64,000 nt of DNA from an uncultured Thermoleophilia bacterium (GTDB taxonomy: Bacteria > Actinomycetota > Thermoleophilia > UBA2241): NCBI GenBank assembly GCA_963699725.1, contig CAVOVA010000007.1, forward strand, positions 29,108 through 93,107, written 5' to 3'. Positions 51,418-60,562 of the stretch are shown one piece after another. The number at the start of each line of letters is the position of its first letter. Within the stretch, counting starts at the first letter, position 1. A model generated the notes under the pieces. It was not told the origin of the DNA, searched no databases, and was given only the letters and a program-made list of their open reading frames with translations. The translations under genes were made by a program, and so were the position numbers.

Positions 51418-52280
51418 GACGCGCCCCCACCGCCGGTGGCCGCGGATTCGGCCGCGGCGCCGCCGTCGGCGGCGGCCCGGCGACCGCCGAACCGGCGCTG
51501 GCGCCCGGCGTAGTCGGCCAGCGCCGCGTCCAGGTCCTCAGGCCCGAACTCGGGCCAGAGCCGGTCGCTGAAGTACAGTTCGGAGTAGGCGCACTGCCAC
51601 AGAAGGAAGTTGCTGATGCGCAGCTCGCCCGAGGTGCGGATGAGGAGCTCGGGGTCGTGCATCTCGGGGGCGTACAGGTGCCGCCGCAGGTCGTGTTCCG
51701 TGAAGGCCGGCCCGGAGGCGCGGCCAGCCGCGCCGGTCGCGTCCGCGCCTGCCGACGCCGCGTATTCGCCCGCGAGGCCCTGAGCGGCGTGCAGAAGTTC
51801 TTGCCGCCCGCCGTAGCCGAAGGCGATGTAGAGCGTCATCCTCGTGTTGGCGGCGGTCAGCGCTTCTGCCTCCTCGATGCGGCGCACCAGCTCAGGGGGC
51901 GCCCCCTCCCTGCTGCCGACGAAGCGCACGCGTGCCCCGCGCTCGTGCATGTCGGGTACCTGCGAATCTATCATCTCCACGAACAGCTGCATCAGCGCGT
52001 CGACCTCATCCCGGGGCCGGTTCCAGTTCTCGGTGCTGAAGGAGTAGACCGTGACTTCGAGGATGCCGAGGTCGAGAGCGTGCTCGAGCACGCGGCGAAG
52101 CGCCTTGGCGCCTGCCCGGTGGCCTGCGGCCACGGGAAGGCCTCTTCCCTTCGCCCAGCGGCCGTTGCCGTCCATGATGATGGCGAGGTACTTGCAGATG
52201 GCGCCGCCGGCCGCAGGCTCCACGGCGCCCGACGCCGATCGCAGGCGCCAGCGCGCCAGCCACTGCCGCAGCGAGGCCAT
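51414..52280 (-). CDS. uppS: Isoprenyl (undecaprenyl/decaprenyl) diphosphate synthase, cis-prenyltransferase
   Basis: It has the IIMDGNGRWA, YSFSTENWNRP and RTSGE.RISNFLLWQ.AYSE motifs. Confidence 0.9.
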   Translation of the reverse strand: MASLRQWLARWRLRSASGAVEPAAGGAICKYLAIIMDGNGRWAKGRGLPVAAGHRAGAKALRRVLEHALDLGILEVTVYSFSTENWNRPRDEVDALMQLFVEMIDSQVPDMHERGARVRFVGSREGAPPELVRRIEEAEALTAANTRMTLYIAFGYGGRQELLHAAQGLAGEYAASAGADATGAAGRASGPAFTEHDLRRHLYAPEMHDPELLIRTSGELRISNFLLWQCAYSELYFSDRLWPEFGPEDLDAALADYAGRQRRFGGRRAAADGGAAAESAATGGGGAS

Positions 52281-52321
52281 GGGCTACTGATCCGGGGTCG
52301 GTGCGCGGGCGGTGGCCCGGC

Positions 52322-52879
52322 TCAGACCTCGAGGATCTCCTCTTCCTTGTGCTTCAGGAGCGCATCGATCTCGTGGACGTGGTCGTCCGTGTACTTCTGC
52401 AGTTCGTGCTCCGCACGCTTCTCCGCGTCCTCGCCGACGTCGCCGTCGTGCACGAGCTCCTTGAGGTCCTTCATGCAGTCGCGGCGCACGTTGCGCACGG
52501 CCACCCGACCGTCTTCGGCGAGGCGGTGGACCAGGCGTACGAGATCCTTGCGCCGCTCCTCCGTGAGCGTCGGGATCGGCAGGCGGATCACCGTACCGTC
52601 ACTGCTCGGGTTGAGACCGAGGTCAGCCTCCATGATCGCCTTCTCGATGCTCCTCATGGCCGACTTGTCGTAGGGCTGTACGGTGAGAAGGCGCGGCTCC
52701 GGCGCGGCGATGTTGGCCATCTGCTTGAGCGGCGTGGACGTGCCGTAGTAGTCCACGTGGATGCGGTCGAGCAGGCCCACGCTGGCACGACCGCTGCGGA
52801 CCGTGTTGAACTCGGTCCTGACGGCCTCGACGGCCTTGCTCATGCGATGATTGGCGTCGGCGAGCAGCTCTTTTTCCAC
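52322..52879 (-). CDS. frr: Ribosome recycling factor
   Basis: It is 185 aa from GTG 52879 (AAGGGAGG upstream). RTEFNTVRSGRASVGLLD..V.YYG...L.Q.A......R.L.VQP.D and LTEERRK.LVK-type motifs are present. The 325-aa track ORF is an upstream extension artefact. Confidence 0.9.
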   Translation of the reverse strand: MEKELLADANHRMSKAVEAVRTEFNTVRSGRASVGLLDRIHVDYYGTSTPLKQMANIAAPEPRLLTVQPYDKSAMRSIEKAIMEADLGLNPSSDGTVIRLPIPTLTEERRKDLVRLVHRLAEDGRVAVRNVRRDCMKDLKELVHDGDVGEDAEKRAEHELQKYTDDHVHEIDALLKHKEEEILEV

Positions 52880-52899
52880 CGGTCCTCCCTTTGCCGGGG

Positions 52900-53637
52900 T
52901 CAACTGCCGGCGGGCGTGTGCACCACGGTGCCAACGCGCTCGCCGGACAGCACGCGCACGATATTGTCGCCGGTCATCTTGAACACATGGATCGGCATGT
53001 GGTTGTCCATGCACAGGCTGAGCGCGGTCGTGTCCATCACTTTGAGCCCGCGCTCGATCGCCTGCAGGTGGGTGATGTCGGCGATGAATTCCGCCGACGG
53101 GTCCTTCTCGGGGTCGGCGGTGTAGACGCCGTCGAACTCCCGCTTGGCCATGAGAATGGCCTCCGCCTCGAGCTCCAGGGCGCGCAGGGCGGCCGCCGAG
53201 TCGGTGCTGAAGTACGGATTGCCGGTGCCCGCGGCGCAGATGACGACGCGGCCCTTCTCGAGGTGACGGATCGCACGCCGGCGTATGTACGGCTCGCACA
53301 CGGCGCGGATCTCGATGGCGCTCATCACCCGCGTGTCGACGCCCTCGTCCTCCAGGGCGTCCTGGAGAGCGAGGGCGTTCTGGACGGTGGCCATCATGCC
53401 GATGTAGTCGCCGGTGGCGCGGTCCATGCCGCCGGCGGCGGCGGCCATGCCGCGAAAGATGTTGCCGCCGCCGACCACGATGGCGATGTCGACGTCGAGC
53501 GCGCGGGCGATCTTGATGGTGCCGGCGATCGACTTCGTGGTCGCCGGATCGATCGCCCGCCTCTCACTGCCCAGGGCCTGGCCGCTGAGCTTGAGCAGGA
53601 CCCGGTGGAAGGCGCGGTTCGGAGGCTCGCCTTCCAT
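52900..53637 (-). CDS. pyrH: UMP kinase
   Basis: It has RVLLKLSGQAL, VVGGGNIFRG, GMMATVQNALAL, AGTGNPYFSTDSAAALRA and DGVYTADP motifs. Confidence 0.9.
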   Translation of the reverse strand: MEGEPPNRAFHRVLLKLSGQALGSERRAIDPATTKSIAGTIKIARALDVDIAIVVGGGNIFRGMAAAAGGMDRATGDYIGMMATVQNALALQDALEDEGVDTRVMSAIEIRAVCEPYIRRRAIRHLEKGRVVICAAGTGNPYFSTDSAAALRALELEAEAILMAKREFDGVYTADPEKDPSAEFIADITHLQAIERGLKVMDTTALSLCMDNHMPIHVFKMTGDNIVRVLSGERVGTVVHTPAGS

Positions 53638-53642
53638 CGGTC

Positions 53643-54254
53643 TCAGCCCGCGACCGTCGTCTCGCCCAGCTGGAAGCGCACGAAGCGGCGCACCTCGACG
53701 TTCTCGCCGATGACGCCGACGAGGTCGGTGCGCACTTGCTCGATGGTGCGGTCCGGGTCCTTCACGAACGCCTGCTCCATGAGACAGGTCTCGGCGAAGA
53801 ACTTCTCGAGCTTGCCGCTGATGATCTTCTCGATCACGTGCTCCGGCTTGCCTTTGATCTGGTCGGATTCACCATAGATCGCCTTCTCGCGCTCGATCAC
53901 GTCCTCGGGCACCTCATCGCGGCTGACCCAGATCGGCGAGGCCGCGGCAACCTGCATGGCGAGGTCGTGGGTGAACTCGCGGAAGGGCTCGCTGCGTGAG
54001 ACGAAATCGGTCTCCACGCCGACCTCGACGAGCACGCCGATCTTGCCGCCGGCGTGGATGTACGAGTCGACGGCGCCGTCCTTGGTCGCGCGGGCGCTCT
54101 TCTTCTGCGCGGTGGCGAGACCCTGCTTGCGCAGCTCGTCCATCGCCTTCTCGAGGTCGCCTCCGGTCTCGGTGAGCGCCTTCTTGCAGTCCATCATGCC
54201 GGCTCCGCTCTTCTCGCGGAGCTCCTTAACCAGTGCAGCGGTGATCTCAGCCAC
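53643..54254 (-). CDS. tsf: Translation elongation factor Ts (short form)
   Basis: ITAALVKELREKSGAGMMDCKKAL.E..GD.EKA...LR is the canonical EF-Ts N-terminus. The protein is 203 aa. Confidence 0.9.
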   Translation of the reverse strand: MAEITAALVKELREKSGAGMMDCKKALTETGGDLEKAMDELRKQGLATAQKKSARATKDGAVDSYIHAGGKIGVLVEVGVETDFVSRSEPFREFTHDLAMQVAAASPIWVSRDEVPEDVIEREKAIYGESDQIKGKPEHVIEKIISGKLEKFFAETCLMEQAFVKDPDRTIEQVRTDLVGVIGENVEVRRFVRFQLGETTVAG

Positions 54255-54299
54255 AGCACGATCCTTTCGTAGGGTCGGCGTTGTTCTCGTTCGGGTGCG

Positions 54300-54831
54300 T
54301 CAGTCGGCCGGCTTCTCAGCCTCTGCCTGGGCCTTGGGCTCGGCCTTCTTGGCGGCCGGCTTCTTCGCCGGCTTGTCCTCGACGGCCTTCTCAGGTTTCG
54401 CCTCGGCCTTGGGCTCGGTCTTCTCGGCCGGCTTCTCGGCCGGGCTTGGCCTCGGCCTTCTTCTCGGCCGGCTTCTCGGCGGGCTTGGCCTCGGCCTTCT
54501 TCTCGGTCGGCTTGGCCTCGGCGGTCCTGGCTGGCTTTGCCTCGGCCTTGGGGGCGGCCTTCTTCTCGGCGGGCTTGGCCTCGGCCTTCTTCTCGGCCGG
54601 CTTCTCGGCGGGCTTGGCCGCTGCAGGAGCCGTCTTCTTCGGCTCCGCGGCCTTGGCGGCGGGCTCGTCGGCGGCCTTCGCCGGCGCCTCGGCCTCAGCC
54701 TTGGCCTTCTCCGCGTCGGCGGCCGCAGCGGCGGCCTGCTCGGCCGCCTCGCGCTCGGCGGCGGCGACGGCGGCGGCGACGGCCGCCTCCTCGGCGGCCT
54801 TGCGCTCGGCCTCGGCCTTCATCTCGGCTTC
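54300..54831 (-). repeat. Coding low-complexity / tandem repeat tract (KPAEKKAEA-type units) in the rpsB 3' region
   Basis: A direct repeat of about 35 nt, cttctcggcgggcttggcctcggccttcttctcgg, occurs at about 54472 and 54562, with many degenerate copies. Confidence 0.8.
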
Positions 54832-55530
54832 GGTGAGCAACTGGCGGCCCTGGGCCACGGCGTCGGCCATCACACGGATGATCAGGCCGCAGCTGCGGAT
54901 CGCGTCGTCGTTGCCCGGGATGATGTAGTCGATCTCGTCGGGGTCGCAGTTCGTGTCCACGAGGCCGATGATCGGGATCTTGAGCTTGCGGGCCTCTTTG
55001 ACGACGATCGCCTCCTTGCGGGGGTCGACCACGAAGACGGCAGCCGGCAGACGGTCCATGCCGCCCACGCCGCCGAGGTTCTGCTCGAGCTTGCGGAGGT
55101 CGGCGCGCAACTGCATCGCCTCACGCGTGGGGAGCAGGTCGAGCGACCCGTCCTCGGAGAGGTGGCGCAGCTCGTGCATCCGCTTGATGCGCTTGTTGAG
55201 CGTGGCAAAGTTGGTCAGCAGACCGCCGAGCCAGCGGTTGCACACGTAGGGCATGGCGACGCGCTCGGCCTGCTCCTTGATCTGCTCCTGGCACTGCTTC
55301 TTGGTACCGACGAAGAGGACGTGGCCGCCGCGCTCCGCGGTCTTCTTGAGGAAGTCGCAGGCCTCGTCGATGAGGACCGTGGTCTTCTGGAGGTCGATGA
55401 TGTAGATGCCACCGCGCTCGCCGAAGATGAACTGCTTCATCTTGGGGTTCCAACGCCGGGTCTGGTGGCCGAAGTGGACGCCGCTCGTGAGCAGGTCCTT
55501 CATGCTCACCGTGTGCTGAGGTGCAGGCAC
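54391..55530 (-). CDS. rpsB: 30S ribosomal protein S2 with a long Ala/Glu/Lys/Pro-rich C-terminal tail
   Basis: GTG 55530 follows AAGGAG with a 7-nt spacer. [24 protein letters not shown], the FVGTKKQ core and NCDPD are present. The last about 146 aa are low complexity. The true stop may be at 54300 (see the finding on the tail). Confidence 0.9.
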   Translation of the reverse strand: MPAPQHTVSMKDLLTSGVHFGHQTRRWNPKMKQFIFGERGGIYIIDLQKTTVLIDEACDFLKKTAERGGHVLFVGTKKQCQEQIKEQAERVAMPYVCNRWLGGLLTNFATLNKRIKRMHELRHLSEDGSLDLLPTREAMQLRADLRKLEQNLGGVGGMDRLPAAVFVVDPRKEAIVVKEARKLKIPIIGLVDTNCDPDEIDYIIPGNDDAIRSCGLIIRVMADAVAQGRQLLTEAEMKAEAERKAAEEAAVAAAVAAAEREAAEQAAAAAADAEKAKAEAEAPAKAADEPAAKAAEPKKTAPAAAKPAEKPAEKKAEAKPAEKKAAPKAEAKPARTAEAKPTEKKAEAKPAEKPAEKKAEAKPGREAGREDRAQGRGET

Positions 55531-55756
55531 GACTGACTCCTTCTGAAACGGTTGATGGCGGCGCGAGCCCGGCGCGGGAGCGCCGAAGGCGTGCGCCGCC
55601 TCTCTGTTCCGGCGGACAAGTCAGTGGAATCAGGCGTGGCGGGCGCTCGTGAGCGCCTCCCGCCCGACACCGCCACGGACCCGGGGGTCCGCCGGGTAGG
55701 CATGGATACTGGCGGTCGAGGATGATACCACACGAACGGCCCGAGGACCGCCGGCG
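55531..55756 (-). promoter_or_regulatory. rpsB-tsf promoter and structured 5' leader (candidate)
   Basis: On the minus strand, TGGTATCAT (extended -10-like) lies at 55730-55722. GC-rich hairpins lie at 55638-55664 and 55557-55600 upstream of the AAGGAG RBS. Confidence 0.35.
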
Positions 55757-56551
55757 TCACCCTATCGCGGCCGGCTCGATCTCGTCACGCAGCCTGCCTT
55801 TGAGCCTCAGGATGGCCTTGGTGTGCAGCTGCGAGACGCGTGACTCCGTGACGCCGAGCACCTCGCCGATCTCGCGCAGCGTGAGGTTCTCGTAGTAGTA
55901 GAGCGCGATCACGATCTTCTCGCGCTTGGGGAGCGCGTCGATCGCCGCCGCCAGACGGGACTTCATCTCGCTGAGGTCGAGCATCCGCGAGGGATCGCGG
56001 CTCTTGGGGTCCTCGATCGTGTCGATGAGCGACGTCTGGTCGCCATCCGAGCCCGAGATCGACCAGAGCTCGTCGAGCGCGACGATGCTGGTGTTGGAGA
56101 TCTGCGTGAGCGACTGCTGGAACTCCGGTACCGAGATGTGCAGTTCTTCGGCGATCTCCTCGTCCGTGGGAGCGCGCTGCAGGCGGTTCTCGAGGATCGC
56201 GCACACCTTCTCGATCTCGCGCGCCTTGCTGCGCACCGAGCGCGGTACCCAGTCGAGCGAGCGCAACTCGTCGATGATCGAACCTTTGATGCGGGAGATC
56301 GCGTACGTCTCGAACTTGATCTCGCGATCCGGGTCGAAGCGTTCCAGCGCGCCGATCAGACCGAGCAGGCCGTAGCTGATGAGGTCGGATTCCTCGATGT
56401 GCGACGGCAGCCCGTTGCTCATCCGGCCGGCGACGTACTTGACCAGCGGTGAGTACGCCAGGATGAGGCGGTCCCGCGCCGCCTTGTCGCCCTGGAACTT
56501 GTAGCGTCCCCAGAGCTCCCTTACCTTGCCCTCGTCCATGCGGGTCATCAT
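55757..56551 (-). CDS. whiG: RNA polymerase sigma factor, FliA/WhiG (sigma-28) family
   Basis: Region 2 is LILAYSPLVKYVAGRM...DLISYGLLGLIGALERFDP....F.TYA..RI.G.I.DELR. Region 4 is ALYYYENLTLREIGEVLGVTESRVSQLH. Its position next to rpsB matches the Streptomyces whiG neighbourhood as I recall it. Confidence 0.8.
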   Translation of the reverse strand: MMTRMDEGKVRELWGRYKFQGDKAARDRLILAYSPLVKYVAGRMSNGLPSHIEESDLISYGLLGLIGALERFDPDREIKFETYAISRIKGSIIDELRSLDWVPRSVRSKAREIEKVCAILENRLQRAPTDEEIAEELHISVPEFQQSLTQISNTSIVALDELWSISGSDGDQTSLIDTIEDPKSRDPSRMLDLSEMKSRLAAAIDALPKREKIVIALYYYENLTLREIGEVLGVTESRVSQLHTKAILRLKGRLRDEIEPAAIG

Positions 56552-56560
56552 GGCTCGCCC

Positions 56561-57538
56561 TCAGGCTCGCGGGTGGTGAAGGTCGTAGGTGCGCCGCAGG
56601 TGGGCGCCGCTGACGTGCGTGTACACCTGCGTCGTCGAGACAGAGGCGTGCCCCAGGAGCTCTTGGATGGCACGAAGATCGGCACCCCTCTCAAGCATAT
56701 GCGTCGCGTACGCGTGCCGCAGCATGTGCGGCGACGCCGGATCCATACCCGCAAGCCGGCTGTATTTTACTACGAGTCGGCGTACGTCGGAGGTCAAGAG
56801 GCCGCGGCCGCTCTTGGAGAGCAGGAGCGGCGCCTCCCGAAGCGGCTCCGCGGCGGCCGGTCCGGCGCCTCGTTGTCGCTCGAGTTCGCCGCGGCCGCGC
56901 TCGAGATACCGCCGCAGCGCCGCAGCCGCCTCGTCACCCAGCGGCACGACCCGTGTCTTGCCGCCCTTGCCGTGCACGATGAGCTGCGCCTGGGCGGCCT
57001 GTACGTCCGCGAGACGCAGCGCCACGAGTTCCATGCTGCGCAGGCCGCACCCGTAGAGCAGCTCGAGCACGAGCCGGTCACGGAGCGCCAACGGATCGGT
57101 GCCCTCGGTGGCCGCGAGGAGCGTGTCGACATCGGAGAGGCTGAGCACGCGCGGCAGGCGGCGGCGCCGACGGGGGCCCGGCAGGCTGCGCGCCGGGTCG
57201 GCCGCCAGCACGCCGGACTCGGTGAGGTGCCTCGTGAAGCCGCGCAGCGTCGAGAGCTTGCGCGCCAGGGTGGCCGGAGCGTACCCGCGCCGTCCGAGCT
57301 CGGCCGAGAAGGCGCGCACCTGGCGCCGCCCGAGATCTGACACGGTCAGATCGCGCTCCGCCAGCCATTCGAGCAGCTGCTGCAGATCCGAGGCATAGGA
57401 CCGGCGCGTCGCCGCACTGGCGCCTCGCACTTCGAGCTCGCGCAGGAACGCCGGGCGCATGCCGGTGGGATCAGCCTTCGCCGCGGCTGCGTCAGTCGTC
57501 TCTGGCTGTTCGAAACCGCGCTCGCGCGGAGCTGTCAC
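56561..57538 (-). CDS. xerC: Tyrosine site-specific recombinase XerC/XerD type
   Basis: The R..H.LRHAYATHMLERGADLRAIQELLGHASVSTTQVYTHV catalytic C-terminus is present. It lies between dprA and whiG/rpsB. The start is uncertain (an internal ATG at MRPAFL is possible). Confidence 0.85.
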   Translation of the reverse strand: MTAPRERGFEQPETTDAAAAKADPTGMRPAFLRELEVRGASAATRRSYASDLQQLLEWLAERDLTVSDLGRRQVRAFSAELGRRGYAPATLARKLSTLRGFTRHLTESGVLAADPARSLPGPRRRRRLPRVLSLSDVDTLLAATEGTDPLALRDRLVLELLYGCGLRSMELVALRLADVQAAQAQLIVHGKGGKTRVVPLGDEAAAALRRYLERGRGELERQRGAGPAAAEPLREAPLLLSKSGRGLLTSDVRRLVVKYSRLAGMDPASPHMLRHAYATHMLERGADLRAIQELLGHASVSTTQVYTHVSGAHLRRTYDLHHPRA

Positions 57539-57674
57539 CGGGTACCCCCTGAGGCGCCCTAGGCTTCAACGCGCGGCGCACTCCTTCCTTCCCTGCTCCC
57601 CAAAAGACGCATGCGTTGAACGTGGTCCGCCGACGACCGCTCACGGCCGGCGACGAGAGCCCCGGGAACCGGCC

Positions 57675-59000
57675 TCAGGCTCGGATCAGGCGGTACCGTC
57701 CTCCCTCCACCCGTCGCGCCAACCCCTCCACCTCGAGCTCGCTCACGGCGGCCGCGACCTTCGGCGCCGGCAGCCGGCAACGACGAGCCAGCTCGTCGAC
57801 GGTGAGCGCCGCCGTGCCCAGGGCGTGCAGAACGTCACGGATCGCGCCCCCACCGTGGTCAAGCACGAACGTCGAGTGCATGCCCGGCGTCGCGGGGGCG
57901 GCGTCCCGCCTCTCCGCCCCCGGACCCGGGTCGTCGGCCGCGATCGCGCGCAGCACGTCGGCGGCGCCTTCGCAGACCCGTGCGCCGTCCCGCAGCAGGA
58001 GGTTCGGCGCCGCACTCAGCCTGCGCCCCGCCTCGCCGGGCACGCACAGCACGTCCCGGCCCAGATCCGCCGCGAACCCCGCCGTGATCCTGCCGCCGCT
58101 CCGCACGGCCCCCTCGACGAGCACGACGCCGCGGCCCAGCGCGGCCATCACACGATTGCGGGCGGGAAAGCGCCAGGCTCTCGCAGGCACGCCCCACGTG
58201 AACTCACTGACGATGAGCCCTTCGGCCGCGACGGCGGCGTACAGACGGGCGTTCTCGCGCGGGTACACCACGTCGGCGCCGCACCCGAGGACGGCCACCG
58301 TGCGCGGGAGCACGACTGCGCACGCGTCCACCGCGGCGGTCTGCGCGATCGCGTCTATGCCCATCGCGAGCCCGCTCACGACCACCACACCGGAGCGAGC
58401 GAGATCGCCGCCGAGCATCCGCGCCATCTCCTCCCCATATGGCGATGGGGTGCGCGTGCCCACGACGGCCACGAGAGGAGCGTCGACCAGCGCCGAGACT
58501 CGCTCGCGCACCGCCGGCGCCGTCGCGCCGCCGCGCACGAACAAGCAGAGCGGCGGGTCATCGAGGTCGCGCAGCTGATCCGGATACAAGGGGTCGCTCC
58601 AGGTGACCACGAGATCGCCGGGTGGCCGCCGCTCAGCCCGCCGCAGGCACGCCGCGGGCCCGCCGTGCAGCGCCGCCGTGAAGCGCTGGGCCTCGCTCAG
58701 CCGCTCGGTCCGCCGTCGCGCGACCGCTTCGCCGGACGGCGGTGGCCCCGCGGGCGACGCGGTTCCTTCTCGGCTGCCGGCGTGACGCGACGCGAACGCC
58801 ACGATCTCGGCCGGCGGTCGCTCGAGCAGCGCGCCGGTCGACCGGTATTCACGCAGCAGACGCCCGATGAGACCCGCCCGCCACGAGGCCAGCGTGCCCA
58901 GCCAGACACACATCGCCCGGGCGCCGGAAGGAGCGTCGGAACGGATGCGGCGGCCTGCGGCCGGCCGCGCACGCTCACCCATGCCCTGCGTCCATCTCAC
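57675..59000 (-). CDS. dprA: DNA-processing protein DprA
   Basis: VAVVGTRTPSPYGEEMARMLGGDLARSGVVVVSGLAMGIDAIAQTAA....TVAVLGCG.DVVYP.EN is present, with a C-terminal winged-helix-like tail. The start is ambiguous (GTG 59000 or ATG 58982). Confidence 0.85.
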   Translation of the reverse strand: MRWTQGMGERARPAAGRRIRSDAPSGARAMCVWLGTLASWRAGLIGRLLREYRSTGALLERPPAEIVAFASRHAGSREGTASPAGPPPSGEAVARRRTERLSEAQRFTAALHGGPAACLRRAERRPPGDLVVTWSDPLYPDQLRDLDDPPLCLFVRGGATAPAVRERVSALVDAPLVAVVGTRTPSPYGEEMARMLGGDLARSGVVVVSGLAMGIDAIAQTAAVDACAVVLPRTVAVLGCGADVVYPRENARLYAAVAAEGLIVSEFTWGVPARAWRFPARNRVMAALGRGVVLVEGAVRSGGRITAGFAADLGRDVLCVPGEAGRRLSAAPNLLLRDGARVCEGAADVLRAIAADDPGPGAERRDAAPATPGMHSTFVLDHGGGAIRDVLHALGTAALTVDELARRCRLPAPKVAAAVSELEVEGLARRVEGGRYRLIRA

Positions 59001-60510
59001 GGTAGCTGAGGCTCTCGCTGACGTGCTCCGCGGTGATGCCTTCCGAACCCTCCAGATCGGCGATGGTCCGGGCCACTTTCACGACCCTGTCGACGGCGCG
59101 GGCGCTCAGCCGCAGGCGATCGTAGGCGCGGTCGAGCCGCTTGGTCGCCGCGGGATCGAGGCGGCAGAACCTGCGCAGGAGACGAGTCGTCATGTGCGCG
59201 TTCGCGTAGACACCCGTTCCCGCGAGACGTGCGACCTGGAGACCGCGGGCGGCGACCACCCGCTCGCGGACGGCCGCCGAGGGCTCGGAGGCGCCGGGCG
59301 CCCGGCGCTCCCGCGGCGGCACCCGCGGGACCTCGAGTCGCAGGTCGATGCGGTCGAGCAGGGGACCACTCAGCCGCGAGCGGTACTGCCTCAGGCGGAA
59401 TGCCGGGCAGGCGCACTCGCGCTCGCCGTCGCCGCTGTAGCCGCAGGGACATGGGTTCATCGCGGCCACGAGCATCAGCCGCGCGGGATACGTCACCGAC
59501 GTCAGGCGGCGGCTGATCGTCACCTCGCCATCCTCCAGTGGCTGGCGGAGTCCCTCGAGCGCGGAGAGCCGGTACTCGGGGAACTCGTCCAGGAAGAGCA
59601 CGCCCAGGTGGGCAAGGCTGACCTCGCCGGGCCGCGGCGTGCCTCCGCCGCCGACGAGCCCGGGCGACGAGATCGTGTGGTGCGGCGCCCGGAAGGGCCG
59701 CCGCACCACCAGCGGCTCACCCGGCGGCAGCAGGCCGGCCACGCTGTGTACGCGGGTGATCTCGATGGCCTCCGCGCGCGTGAGCGGCGGCATGATGCCG
59801 GGGATCCGGCGCGCGAGCATGGTCTTGCCGGCGCCCGGCGGACCGCTCATGAGCACGTTGTGAGCGCCCGCCACGGCGATCTCGAGCGCGCGCTTGACCA
59901 GTGCCTGGCCCACGATATCGGAGAAATCGGCGTCGCCGCGTGGCGCGGCCGCCAGCAGTGCGTCCAGGTCGGACGGCGGAGACGCCGCGTCGCCGCCGGC
60001 CTCGATCTGGGCGACCGCCTCCGCGAGGTTCGCCGCCGGGTAGACTTCGAGGCCCGGCACGAGGGCGGCCTCCGCGGCGTTGCCGACCGGCAGCACGAGG
60101 CCGCGGACGCCGCGAGCGCGCAGGCTCTGCGCCACCGCGAGCGCCCCGGCGACCGGCCTCAGACTGCCGTCGAGCCCGAGCTCGCCGACCGCCGCCAGCG
60201 GTCCGCGGCCGTCGGACCCGTCACTGGCCTGACCGGTCGCAAGCAGGAAGGCGAGCGCGATGGGAAGGTCGAACGACGGCCCCTCCTTGCGCAGATCCGC
60301 CGGGGCGAGGTTGACCGTGATGCGCCGCGAGGGGAACTCGAAGGACGAGTTGACGATCGCGGCACGCACGCGCTCCCGGCTCTCCTGGACCGCCGCGTCG
60401 GGAAGCCCGACGACGCTGAACGCCGGCGCTGCCGCGACGATATCCGCCTCCACGACCACCGGGTGCCCCTGAAGGCCGTTCAGGGCCTCGCTGGCGATGC
60501 GTGCGAGCAT
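58975..60510 (-). CDS. comM: Mg-chelatase-like AAA+ ATPase YifB/ComM family
   Basis: The N-terminal Lon-protease-like domain (VEADI..G.P.F.VVGLPD.AV.ESRERV), Walker A MSGPPGAGKTMLA, Walker B GVLFLDEFPE and a C-terminal helical domain are present. Confidence 0.85.
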   Translation of the reverse strand: MLARIASEALNGLQGHPVVVEADIVAAAPAFSVVGLPDAAVQESRERVRAAIVNSSFEFPSRRITVNLAPADLRKEGPSFDLPIALAFLLATGQASDGSDGRGPLAAVGELGLDGSLRPVAGALAVAQSLRARGVRGLVLPVGNAAEAALVPGLEVYPAANLAEAVAQIEAGGDAASPPSDLDALLAAAPRGDADFSDIVGQALVKRALEIAVAGAHNVLMSGPPGAGKTMLARRIPGIMPPLTRAEAIEITRVHSVAGLLPPGEPLVVRRPFRAPHHTISSPGLVGGGGTPRPGEVSLAHLGVLFLDEFPEYRLSALEGLRQPLEDGEVTISRRLTSVTYPARLMLVAAMNPCPCGYSGDGERECACPAFRLRQYRSRLSGPLLDRIDLRLEVPRVPPRERRAPGASEPSAAVRERVVAARGLQVARLAGTGVYANAHMTTRLLRRFCRLDPAATKRLDRAYDRLRLSARAVDRVVKVARTIADLEGSEGITAEHVSESLSYREMDAGHG

Positions 60511-60562
60511 GCTACCTCCCTCCCGGTCGTCCGGCGCGCGGACCGGCCACCCGCCCGGGGTC

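Noticed and set aside
54300-54831. A regular short direct-repeat tract considered as a CRISPR array or non-coding minisatellite.
   Set aside because: The repeats are contiguous with no unique spacers. They stay in frame with the rpsB core and encode a coherent AEKP-rich low-complexity tail. No cas genes are present.
53956-55536. A 526-aa plus-strand ORF and a nested 215-aa ORF with striking [12 protein letters not shown] repeats.
   Set aside because: They are antisense to tsf and rpsB. The repeats are the reverse complement of the S2 AEKP-rich tail repeats.
56561-57538. The tyrosine recombinase as an integrase marking a mobile element or the island border.
   Set aside because: It sits in the conserved dprA-xerC-(whiG)-rpsB housekeeping context. 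No flanking att-like repeats, tRNA or phage/transposon genes were seen, so it is called XerC-type.
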